From positions 16,755 to 80,754 of the forward strand of contig JAPXSY010000006.1 of the NCBI GenBank assembly GCA_033812795.1: DNA of 64,000 nt. Direction: 5' to 3'. Within the stretch, counting starts at the first letter, position 1, and the number at the start of each line of letters is the position of its first letter. Positions 27,923-36,604 of the stretch are shown here, in pieces. This stretch comes from Kiritimatiellia bacterium (GTDB taxonomy: Bacteria; Verrucomicrobiota; Kiritimatiellia; RFP12; UBA1067). Both the position numbers and the translations under genes were made by a program. Below the pieces are notes generated by a model. It was given only the letters and a program-made list of their open reading frames with translations, made no database searches and had not been told where the DNA came from.

Positions 27923-28743
27923 TAGACGCGCACATAATCGATCTCATACGTCTGAGGCAACATGGCGTCGTCGATCCCCTTTTGCCCGCCCCACGCCCCG
28001 CCGATCGCCAGATTGATGAGCAGGTAGTGCGGTTTACGGAACGGGTTGTCCTCCCCGGCACCCGCCTTGTCGAGCAAGAACCGGTGATAGAGCGTATCGT
28101 CATAGTAGAAATCCATGCGATCCTCGAACCGCTCCACAACATAGAGGTGAAAGTCATCCGACGGTTTCTGGTCATGCAGTTTGCCGCCCAAAGAGGTGCG
28201 CTTGCCTTGGGTCGTGTCAAACCAGTGCACATTGGCGTGAACCGTTGCGGGCGCATGCCCCACGAACTCCATGATGTCGATCTCGCCGCAACGCGGCCAG
28301 CCGATGGACCGGAATGAGGTGCCGAGCATCCAGATCGCGGGCCACATGCCGCGTCCGCGCGGCAGCTTCGCACGCACCTCGACACGCCCGTATGTCACCG
28401 CGAACAACCCCTCGGTGGTCAGACTGGCCGAAGTGTAGGCCGCGGTTTCCGCCTCGCGCCAATCCTCGGATCCGGACTTGTGCCCGGGATTGGCAAACGT
28501 CTCCTTGCGGCCTTCGATCACCAGACACCCGTTCTCGACCCGCGCGTTCTCCCGGCGCGCCACGGTGTAGAACTGCGCCTCCCGATTACGGACAAACCCC
28601 TTCTCATACGTCCACTTGGCCGGATCCGGCATGCCGGGCCGGTCAAACTCATCCGCCCACACCAGCCGCCACCCCTCGCGCTCCGCCGCGCCCGCACCGC
28701 ATACCAGCAAGGCGATCACACCCAACACGCATCCCATCCGCAT
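27907..28743 (-). CDS. Secreted glycoside hydrolase family 16 (laminarinase/beta-1,3-glucanase-like)
   Basis: The GH16 catalytic motif ExDxxE occurs as GEIDIMEFVGH. A signal peptide precedes it (MRMGCVLGVIALLVCGAGA). Confidence 0.8.
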   Translation of the reverse strand: MRMGCVLGVIALLVCGAGAAEREGWRLVWADEFDRPGMPDPAKWTYEKGFVRNREAQFYTVARRENARVENGCLVIEGRKETFANPGHKSGSEDWREAETAAYTSASLTTEGLFAVTYGRVEVRAKLPRGRGMWPAIWMLGTSFRSIGWPRCGEIDIMEFVGHAPATVHANVHWFDTTQGKRTSLGGKLHDQKPSDDFHLYVVERFEDRMDFYYDDTLYHRFLLDKAGAGEDNPFRKPHYLLINLAIGGAWGGQKGIDDAMLPQTYEIDYVRVYQRAP

Positions 28744-28886
28744 CCGCTCCCCCTTTCCGCCGCCCCACAGCGGCATTTCACCTCACGTTCCGACACCCAA
28801 TCTGTTACGGCATGCCATTCACGGCCAACGCCTTGCCTTGGGCAGCCTCGTCAAGCCGGGGCTCCACCGCGCGTTCTGTTATCCGT

Positions 28887-30926
28887 TCACGGTTCTGCCG
28901 TCGCGCGTCCGATCCGGTCCGCATCGTCCGCATAGCTGTACGCGAAACGTTGCCGCGTCTCCACGCAGGTCAGGGTCGGCGGCGTTTGCTGTCCGCCGGT
29001 CTGGCGCGGCAGATACTCCACGGCACAGGCTTGGACAGGCCGGTCCCGGGAATCGGCCTGAAGCACCTTGTGCCCCAGATACGTGAACCGTTCCGGCGTC
29101 CTGCCCGGACGCGTGCGGTACCAGCCGGTGAGACGGCCCTGATCATCGTATGCGTACAGATCCTTCCACCCTTTTTCAAAGGTGAGCATCGGGTCGGCGT
29201 ACCGGTGCTCCGCATTGGTGTAGTCAACCGACAGGACCTGTCCGTCATCCCGATAGGCCCGCACCTCATTCGGCAGATAATAGAACGAGATGATCGAAGG
29301 CGCGGTATATCCCTTGCCGTGACGCGCGAAGCATCCGATATCAACGCGGTGGCGCAGCAGAGCCGAGGGCATCCCTTGGTCATCAACCGGCCTGAAGGCG
29401 CCGTGATACGACACCGTGAGTTTCACACGCGAGGCGTTTGCGTTCAGAGGCGTGATGACAATTTTCCGGGTGTCGCCCTGCAACACGGTCCAGCGGAAGG
29501 CCCCTTCCTGCTGCTGACCGGGCACTGCGGCCTCCACGGTCATCACCCGCTCGCGGGACACGCCGCGCACAACCCGCGCGATGCAGCAGGGCGTATCGAA
29601 CAGCCCCTCGGAGCGCAGGTCGAAGAAATCCAAACCCGCCTGAACCTTGGCATCCTCCACTGTCCGAAGCGCCACCAAGGGCGGGATCGCCTCCGGCGTC
29701 ATGGCCTGCGCCATCCGCACCATGGCCTCGACATCCAGTTGCGCGGCATCGAATACAACCGGATGCGCCGCACCGGTCAAGTACCGCTCCTCGTCCTTTG
29801 CGACCGCCTTCTGCGTGATCCGGAGAATCCGCTGCAGCGTCGGACCGATCCGATTCCGCTGCGTCAGCGCGCGCTTGGTCGCTGGCGTGAACGCCGCCAA
29901 GGTTGCGGCGAAGGCGTTCACGAACGGCTGGTCCGAACCCGACGATCCTTGGCTGATCACGAAAAACGGGGCGTTGACCGGATAGAGATCCCCGGTTTCG
30001 GGATCATGGTCCCGATGTTCAGGGAACACCCAAATCTGGTTTCCGAGATAAAAACGCAGGGAGATGATCGCCCGGAGCGGATCGGTCACGGCCGCGCGCG
30101 GCAGACTGCGCCAATACGGGCCACTCACCATGGAGAGTGACGCGTTGCCCAGTACCGGCGCGTCGAACAGGCCGTTCGGCAGACTCAGGTGGACCTGGGC
30201 CTGCTTTGCCTGCTCGCCATACACCACCGGCGTCAGGCCGGGATAGTTCGACACCACCAGCAGCGAATGATTCCCGTCCCGGTTCACATACAGATCGCCG
30301 AAATTCCCGGACGCCGTCCCCGCCTTGAACCCCGCGCGCACCGTTTCCGCCGCCGCGCCGCGATACGCCTCCGCATAATCGGAAACGGGACGCAGATCCG
30401 GAACGAGCAGGTTAAACCGTGTCCGGAAACATCCGAACTCGAAATCCCATATCGTGTTTTCCGCATTCACTTCCGCCGGACGTCCCATAACAACGGATAC
30501 GGGACGGACGGTCGGCATACCCTCAACCGGTTTTCCCTGAAGACGCCGCGCCTTGTCCAACAGTTCCCGGAATGCCTTGATGGGGCCAAGCGATTTCAGG
30601 TCCCGGTCCGCCTCAATCGCGGCGGCGTCGCGGAAACCAAGGTCGATCGCGCGATCCAGCGCCGCCAACGCTTCCCCTTTGTCGGCACGGTAAGCGAGTG
30701 CGCAGGCCAGATTGTACTGCCACGTCGGGTCACGAGGCAGCAGGGCCACGCCCTCACGGCAGATCCGCTCCATCTCCTCAGTCTCTCCCGTCCGCACGAC
30801 CCGCATCAGTTGCTGTTGCAGAGCGAGGTGTTTCGGATAGAGCAACGGCATCTCAAACACGTTGGTCACGGCACCCGCAACCATCGAAATCAGACACGCG
30901 CAGACAAAAATCCCGCGTTTCCTCAT
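28887..30926 (-). CDS. Secreted hypothetical protein with N-terminal TPR-like repeats and a large uncharacterised domain
   Basis: The signal peptide is followed by TPR-like LACALAYRADKGEALAALDRAIDLGF. The remaining ~550 aa have no motif I recognise. Confidence 0.4.
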   Translation of the reverse strand: MRKRGIFVCACLISMVAGAVTNVFEMPLLYPKHLALQQQLMRVVRTGETEEMERICREGVALLPRDPTWQYNLACALAYRADKGEALAALDRAIDLGFRDAAAIEADRDLKSLGPIKAFRELLDKARRLQGKPVEGMPTVRPVSVVMGRPAEVNAENTIWDFEFGCFRTRFNLLVPDLRPVSDYAEAYRGAAAETVRAGFKAGTASGNFGDLYVNRDGNHSLLVVSNYPGLTPVVYGEQAKQAQVHLSLPNGLFDAPVLGNASLSMVSGPYWRSLPRAAVTDPLRAIISLRFYLGNQIWVFPEHRDHDPETGDLYPVNAPFFVISQGSSGSDQPFVNAFAATLAAFTPATKRALTQRNRIGPTLQRILRITQKAVAKDEERYLTGAAHPVVFDAAQLDVEAMVRMAQAMTPEAIPPLVALRTVEDAKVQAGLDFFDLRSEGLFDTPCCIARVVRGVSRERVMTVEAAVPGQQQEGAFRWTVLQGDTRKIVITPLNANASRVKLTVSYHGAFRPVDDQGMPSALLRHRVDIGCFARHGKGYTAPSIISFYYLPNEVRAYRDDGQVLSVDYTNAEHRYADPMLTFEKGWKDLYAYDDQGRLTGWYRTRPGRTPERFTYLGHKVLQADSRDRPVQACAVEYLPRQTGGQQTPPTLTCVETRQRFAYSYADDADRIGRATAEP

Positions 30927-30963
30927 CACGTCCCCCTTCCCTATGCTGTCCCGCACTGTCCTT

Positions 30964-31764
30964 TTATCCAAACAGCCTACGCCACCACGGCACCGGCGCC
31001 CGCGTCTGCCGCATCAGCCATTGGATGACCTCGTCATTCCCGTAGGCGCGATCCCACACGGCATGACCCGCACCTTCGAATTCCGTATACCGGACCGCAC
31101 GGTTGCCGACCTGTTTCAGCGCCTGAACCATACGCCGGGAACAGGCCACATCGACATTCTGGTCGGCCGTGCCGTGAAAAACCCAGATCGGCATCCGCCG
31201 GAGTTCCCGCACCCGCCGGATATCCCCCCCGCCGCAAACGGGAATCGCGGCGGCAAAACGTTCGGGGCGGCGCTGAATCGCATCCCAAGTGCCGAACCCG
31301 CCCAACGAAAGTCCCGTGATGTAGACCCGGTCCGGGTCCGCCTGACACGCATCCACCAGATGGTCCACCATGGCCAGCACGACCTCCATGGACGGGGCAG
31401 GCTGCGGCGGCATGGCATAGTCTTCCCCGCGCGCCAGCCGTTTCACCCACCAGTTGCCGGTTTGGCACTGCGGCGCCAAGATCATCACAGGTTCAGGCTG
31501 GCGGAGCAGGGTGGACAGCAGGGCGGGCAGCCCGACTTTGAGGTGACGGCGGTTGTCCGTGCCGCACTCTCCGGATCCGTGCAGAAACAGGATCAGGGGA
31601 TATCGGACGCCGGGCCGGGGAAACTGCGGCGCGCTCAACCGGTAAGCGAACGTCTCCCCGGTCGGCGCATTGGTAAAAACGCAGGAATGAAAACGTTCCT
31701 CGACCGTGAACTGCGCACACGCCTTGAGGGTCAGCGCAAAAAGAACCAGAAGCCAGCCTTTCAT
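30964..31764 (-). CDS. Secreted alpha/beta-hydrolase (esterase/peptidase S9-like)
   Basis: A signal peptide comes first, then HGSGECG and the nucleophile elbow GLSLGG. The fold is dienelactone hydrolase or esterase-like. Confidence 0.7.
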   Translation of the reverse strand: MKGWLLVLFALTLKACAQFTVEERFHSCVFTNAPTGETFAYRLSAPQFPRPGVRYPLILFLHGSGECGTDNRRHLKVGLPALLSTLLRQPEPVMILAPQCQTGNWWVKRLARGEDYAMPPQPAPSMEVVLAMVDHLVDACQADPDRVYITGLSLGGFGTWDAIQRRPERFAAAIPVCGGGDIRRVRELRRMPIWVFHGTADQNVDVACSRRMVQALKQVGNRAVRYTEFEGAGHAVWDRAYGNDEVIQWLMRQTRAPVPWWRRLFG

Positions 31765-31888
31765 GGGGATCAGTATGCCATAACCCGTCCGTCTTGGGGA
31801 GCGTCAATTCGCGCGCTCGTTTCCCGCCGGAGCGTCATGCGCGGCACCGCTTTCTGGTCTGTCCGCGCCAAAGCGGCGCGCTGATCGA

Positions 31889-34030
31889 TCAACTCGCCCC
31901 CAGCCCTCTGCTCATCACCACGCGCGCCAGCGCCTCGATCGCCCCTTCCGCGGTCGCCTCCGCCGCGACCGCATCCGGTTGACGGCCGAATCCGGCCAGC
32001 GCCTCCGAAGTCGGCCTGCCGATCGTCACCACGATCTGACCGGCCAGCGCCTCCACGCCCGCCTGCCCCATAAACGCCTCAACCGCTGATGCGCTCGCAA
32101 AGAAAACCGCATCGGACGCGGGCAACCGGGGATAGTGAACCGGTTCGTTGACGTACAACAGAACGTCCTCTACCGCCGCGCCCTCTTCGCGCAGAACATC
32201 GGCCAACAGCGGTCCGGCCTTTTCCGAACGCAACCGCAACACGTTGCATCCCGCTATTTCCAACGTCCGCATTTCCGCCGCCAATCCCGCCGCACTGTAT
32301 TCCATCGGCGGCGTCAGATCCGGATGGATACCATGGTGCCGAAACGCCGCGGCACTCCCCGGCCCGCAGGCCATCACCCGCGGCAGACGCCGCAGGTCGA
32401 CCCCCGCCTGCCGGATCATGCCCATGAACAGATGAACCGCCGAGGGTGAAGTCAACACCACCCAGTCAAACGACGCGATCCGCGTCAACGCCCGCTCCGC
32501 TTCAACACACGGCGTCAGCCGGATCAGTGGCCGGAGCAACGGCACTCCCCCGAAATCGACCACCCGCAACGCGGTCTTGTCCAGCAACGCCTCACTGCAC
32601 GTCAACAACACGCGGCAACCACGCAACGCGCCGGTGTCCCGCCGATACGCGCCCGCCGCCGCTTCACCGATTACCAGGAGTCCCGGCGCCTTCGTCTCCA
32701 CCGGCGCGGCCGCACCCTCGCGCAACCCGGCCAGCGTGGTGCGGAAAATCAGTTCGTCCTCCGCCCCCGCGTCAAAAACCAGTCCGACCGGGGTTTTCCC
32801 ATCCCAGCCCTCCGCAAGCAACTGGCCGGCCATCTCCGTCGCCACACGCACGGACATGAACAGCACCAACGGCAGACGCCGACGCGCTTCGAGCGACACG
32901 CTGGCTACGGCGCCGCCCTCGACCCGCGGCGTGAATGCCGTGAACCCGCGGGACACGCCGCGTTTGGTGAGCAGCATTCCTGTGCCGGTGGTGGCCACGG
33001 TCAGCGCACTCACCCCCGCCCGCACGCGGTAAGGCAGTTCCAACCGTTCCAACTCGTCAGTCTCTTCCGCCAGCCGCCCGAACAATCCGGGGTCACCCCC
33101 CTTCAGCCGCACGACCCGTCTGCCCTGACGGGCATACTTCGCGATGAGGTCAGTAATATCGGGCTGCCGCACCGCATGTTCGCCGCACCGTTTACCCACG
33201 AAGACGCGCTCGGCCGAGGGCGGCAGAAACTCCAGCAACCGGTCATCCATCAGCACGTCGTAGAGGCATACCTCCGCCTGCCGCAAATCCCGGACGCCGC
33301 CCCAAGTGCAGGACTCGGCCACGCCCACCCCCGCGCCCACAAAGCGCACCGCTTTGACAAAATATCCGCGCACCCTCGTCCAGACCGGATCGCCCAGTCG
33401 GAAGGTCACCGCCAACCGTCCCTGACCGGCGGGCACCGGCAGTTCTGAAAGCGGTATCCACTCGCTCACGCGCTCTTCCAGACCGAGCCGGTTCAGAGCC
33501 GCGCCAGCCATCAGCAGAGCGTCATACCGGCCAGCATCGAGTTGCTCCAGGCGCGACGGGATCGCGCCGCGGATCGGCTTCAGCACGGCGTGCGGGAATC
33601 GCGCCCGCGCAAAGGCTCCGCGCCGCTCGCTACTGACCCCCACCACCGGCTTCTCCGGCAGGTCAGCCCACGTTTTACCTTGCGGCAGAACCCATGCGTC
33701 GCGCGGATCTTCCCCCCAAGGCAGCCAGAACCAGTCCAAATCCGGCGGTACGGGATCAGGCAGGTCTTTGGCGCTGTGTACGGCCAAATCGATGCATCCC
33801 TTGCGCAAGGCGTCATCCAAATCGCGCGTGAAAAAATCCGCCGGACTGACGCGCAGGTCGGTGGCCAGATCCCGGTCACCCGGCGTTTCCAGCGTCACGG
33901 GATCGAATTCGAGAAACGGAAACAGCGCGGCAATCCGGTTGAGCGCGTCACGCGTCTGAGCCAGCGCCAGCCGACTGCCCCGCGTCCCGACTTTCGCGCG
34001 TACCGTTTGCATGGTTAACCTTTCCTTCAC
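31889..34030 (-). CDS. Tri-domain tetrapyrrole enzyme: HemC-like (porphobilinogen deaminase domains 1-2 only), uroporphyrinogen-III C-methyltransferase (CobA/SUMT), and uroporphyrinogen-III synthase (HemD)
   Basis: HemC-type signatures: GTRGSRLALAQT, HSAKDLP, PAGQGRLAV. The SUMT domain follows directly: VRFVGAGVGV...VCLYDVLMDD...VVRLKGGDPGLFGRLAEE. A HemD-like C-terminus follows (VVLTSPSAVHLF). Confidence 0.7.
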   Translation of the reverse strand: MKERLTMQTVRAKVGTRGSRLALAQTRDALNRIAALFPFLEFDPVTLETPGDRDLATDLRVSPADFFTRDLDDALRKGCIDLAVHSAKDLPDPVPPDLDWFWLPWGEDPRDAWVLPQGKTWADLPEKPVVGVSSERRGAFARARFPHAVLKPIRGAIPSRLEQLDAGRYDALLMAGAALNRLGLEERVSEWIPLSELPVPAGQGRLAVTFRLGDPVWTRVRGYFVKAVRFVGAGVGVAESCTWGGVRDLRQAEVCLYDVLMDDRLLEFLPPSAERVFVGKRCGEHAVRQPDITDLIAKYARQGRRVVRLKGGDPGLFGRLAEETDELERLELPYRVRAGVSALTVATTGTGMLLTKRGVSRGFTAFTPRVEGGAVASVSLEARRRLPLVLFMSVRVATEMAGQLLAEGWDGKTPVGLVFDAGAEDELIFRTTLAGLREGAAAPVETKAPGLLVIGEAAAGAYRRDTGALRGCRVLLTCSEALLDKTALRVVDFGGVPLLRPLIRLTPCVEAERALTRIASFDWVVLTSPSAVHLFMGMIRQAGVDLRRLPRVMACGPGSAAAFRHHGIHPDLTPPMEYSAAGLAAEMRTLEIAGCNVLRLRSEKAGPLLADVLREEGAAVEDVLLYVNEPVHYPRLPASDAVFFASASAVEAFMGQAGVEALAGQIVVTIGRPTSEALAGFGRQPDAVAAEATAEGAIEALARVVMSRGLGAS

Positions 34031-34151
34031 TTCCGAACGAGCCGTACCGCAACATGCCCATGAGTAAACTTCATGCTCTTCGTATCCTTGTGGTGTAACA
34101 ACATGTTATTGCGTTTGTTGATCCGTAAGGCACTGCCGAAAACTTCGACGT

Positions 34152-35678
34152 TCAGCGTTCGACGTTCAGCGTTCGACGTTCTTCCCCGGTCTCATGTTCC
34201 CCCTGGACGCTGCGCCGCATGCGCTCATAGAGGCTGCGGTGCTCGCGCAGGATCGCGTCACATGCTTTCAGCACTTTGTCCAATGTGCCGTTGGCGGACC
34301 GGTACCACCGTTTGATCTCATCCAGATCCGCCACGCGTACCCCGTTGCCGAACGTGTCCAGCGCCGGATCGATATTCCGGGGCATGCCGAGGTCGATCAG
34401 CGTCACACCGCGCGGATTCAACCGGGCACCATGCTCCAACCGGTTCAGCACCGGCTCGGATGCATTGACCGCACTCACCACAGCGTCAATCGTGGGCAGC
34501 ACACGCGCCAGGTCTTTCAGCTGGATCACTTCGATCCGGTGCGCGTCTTGGGCGCTCGACGCGGGCGCGTTGCGATGATAGGCCCACACGCAATGGCAGC
34601 CGCGGCGCAGCAGATCCTCCATCAGCCCCTGCCCGACCACCCCCGTGCCGATCACCAGCACACGGCTGTCCGGCAGCGCCGGCAGCTGTTCCGCCAAGTA
34701 CCGCAACGCCAAATCCTCGATCTCCGCGACGTCCAGCAGCGGCTCCACCTCATGACGGATATCCTTGGAAATGTGCAGCGCCGCATCGCACAACTCCCGG
34801 ATGACCGATCCCGCCCAACCGAACGTGACGGCCTCATCCACCGCCTCCTTCACCTGAGAGACCACATGGAACTCGCCCGGCGTCTGCGAATCCATGCCAG
34901 CCGCGACCAGGCACAGGTGCGCGAACGCGTCAAACCCGCGCTTCATGTAAAACCGGTCCGGCGGCAATTGGTCGAACCGCAGCAACCTCCGCAAAATCCC
35001 GCTGGTTCCCGCCTCGCGCGAAATCGCGGCCACCACTTCAATACGGTTGCAGGTGTTGAGAATGAAAAACTCATGCACACCCCAGATCTGCCGGATCATC
35101 CCGCCAATCGCCTCGCGTTCCCGCAACAGCAAATGGAATGGCGCACGTTCCTCAGCCGAAAGGTACTCATGACTGGTACCCAGCACCAGCAGATCCGAAT
35201 TTTCGATCGAATCCAGATGTTTCCGAAGATTTTCTTTCACCAGCCGCGATTGCCGACAGGATTTGCCGCTGGTGGAGACGGCGACCAGCACATCCCCGGT
35301 GCGGATAATAGCGGGCGTCACAAAATCCCCGTCCGGCCAATTCCCGTCCGCGCAGCAGCACAGAATCCGATTGGCTTGTGCGCTTTCGAGAACGGTTCGG
35401 TTGACGCGCTTGTCATCCGTGCAGGCGAAGACCATCGCCGCGCCCTCCACATCGGCCGGCTCAAACCGGCGAGCCGTATGGTGGATCGCCCCGGTTTCGG
35501 CCAGGGTTTGCAATTCCGCCACACAGTCCGGACACACGAGCCGAACCTCGGCGCCCGAATCCAACAAAAGCTCGACTTTGCGCTGCCCGACGCGTCCGCC
35601 CCCCACAACCAACACGCGGCGACGCTCAATCATCGCGTTGATCGGAAATGTCTTTCGAACCGGTCTTGTGTCTCGCAT
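34152..35678 (-). CDS. hemA: Fusion of siroheme-synthase-type precorrin-2 dehydrogenase/sirohydrochlorin ferrochelatase N-domain with glutamyl-tRNA reductase (HemA)
   Basis: N-terminal Rossmann fold: RRVLVVGGGRVGQRKVELLLDSGAEVRLV. HemA catalytic region with the TCNR(I/T)E motif: FILNTCNRIEVV. An NADPH-binding domain follows. Confidence 0.75.
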   Translation of the reverse strand: MRDTRPVRKTFPINAMIERRRVLVVGGGRVGQRKVELLLDSGAEVRLVCPDCVAELQTLAETGAIHHTARRFEPADVEGAAMVFACTDDKRVNRTVLESAQANRILCCCADGNWPDGDFVTPAIIRTGDVLVAVSTSGKSCRQSRLVKENLRKHLDSIENSDLLVLGTSHEYLSAEERAPFHLLLREREAIGGMIRQIWGVHEFFILNTCNRIEVVAAISREAGTSGILRRLLRFDQLPPDRFYMKRGFDAFAHLCLVAAGMDSQTPGEFHVVSQVKEAVDEAVTFGWAGSVIRELCDAALHISKDIRHEVEPLLDVAEIEDLALRYLAEQLPALPDSRVLVIGTGVVGQGLMEDLLRRGCHCVWAYHRNAPASSAQDAHRIEVIQLKDLARVLPTIDAVVSAVNASEPVLNRLEHGARLNPRGVTLIDLGMPRNIDPALDTFGNGVRVADLDEIKRWYRSANGTLDKVLKACDAILREHRSLYERMRRSVQGEHETGEERRTLNVER

Positions 35679-35741
35679 AGATCAGAAAAACCGTATCACA
35701 TTCCTGAGCGCTTGACCACACACGAGACCGGGAAGACCCCT

Positions 35742-36578
35742 TTAGTCGATCGCGTCACCCAGCTCCATGTTGTCGAGATCGATCTCCCCGCTGAACACAA
35801 ACTTGACCGGACCAGACAGCGTCAATCCGGTACATTTGCGATGACGCCAGTCGCCATCCACCGTGAGGTCGTATCCCGAGGATGTCTTCACTTTGGCGGG
35901 CAGCGTGAACCCTGCGGTCTCGACCGCCACCACCACGCAGGCGACGGCCCCGGTTCCGCAGGCACCGGATTCCGCTTCGACCCCCCGCTCGTAGGTGCGC
36001 ATCGTCATCCGGTTGGGTGCGCGCAACGTGACAAAATCCACATTCGTTCCGTCCGGCGCGAAAACGGGATGGCGACGCAGCGCGCGCCCGAGACCCTGCA
36101 CATCCACCGCGCTGATATGAGGCACCTGCACCACAAAATGCGGCACGCCCGTATTCAGAAAATCCCCGCGAATCGTCTCCCCGTCAATCTGGACCTCGAT
36201 CCCGTAGTTTTTGCGGGTCGGCTCCGGCATCCACACGCAAACCCCGTTTTTGGTGAGCTGCGCGTCCACCAGGCCGCACATCGTCTCCATGGTGAGGGCT
36301 CGGCCGCTGGCACCGATGGCATGCGCGAACGCCGCCGCGCACCGGGAACCGTTGCCGCACATCTCCACCTCGGTGCCGTCCGGGTTGAGGAACCGCATCC
36401 GGAAGTCGGCTTTATCCGAACGCTGAAGCAGAATCACCCCTTCACAACCGATTCCGGTGTGCCGTCCCGCCAAGGCGGCCATCAGAAAATGATCCTCCCA
36501 CGGAACCGTTCCCTCCCGGTCATCGATCAGCACAAAATCGTTTCCCGCGCCGTGCATTTTCGTGAAACGGATTTTCAT
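35742..36578 (-). CDS. dapF: Diaminopimelate epimerase
   Basis: MKIRFTKMHGAGNDFVLIDDREG. Both catalytic Cys regions are present (CGNGSRC; GACGTGAVA). Confidence 0.9.
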   Translation of the reverse strand: MKIRFTKMHGAGNDFVLIDDREGTVPWEDHFLMAALAGRHTGIGCEGVILLQRSDKADFRMRFLNPDGTEVEMCGNGSRCAAAFAHAIGASGRALTMETMCGLVDAQLTKNGVCVWMPEPTRKNYGIEVQIDGETIRGDFLNTGVPHFVVQVPHISAVDVQGLGRALRRHPVFAPDGTNVDFVTLRAPNRMTMRTYERGVEAESGACGTGAVACVVVAVETAGFTLPAKVKTSSGYDLTVDGDWRHRKCTGLTLSGPVKFVFSGEIDLDNMELGDAID

Positions 36579-36604
36579 TCAGTCCCTCCTCCGGCTTGTC
36601 CGCG

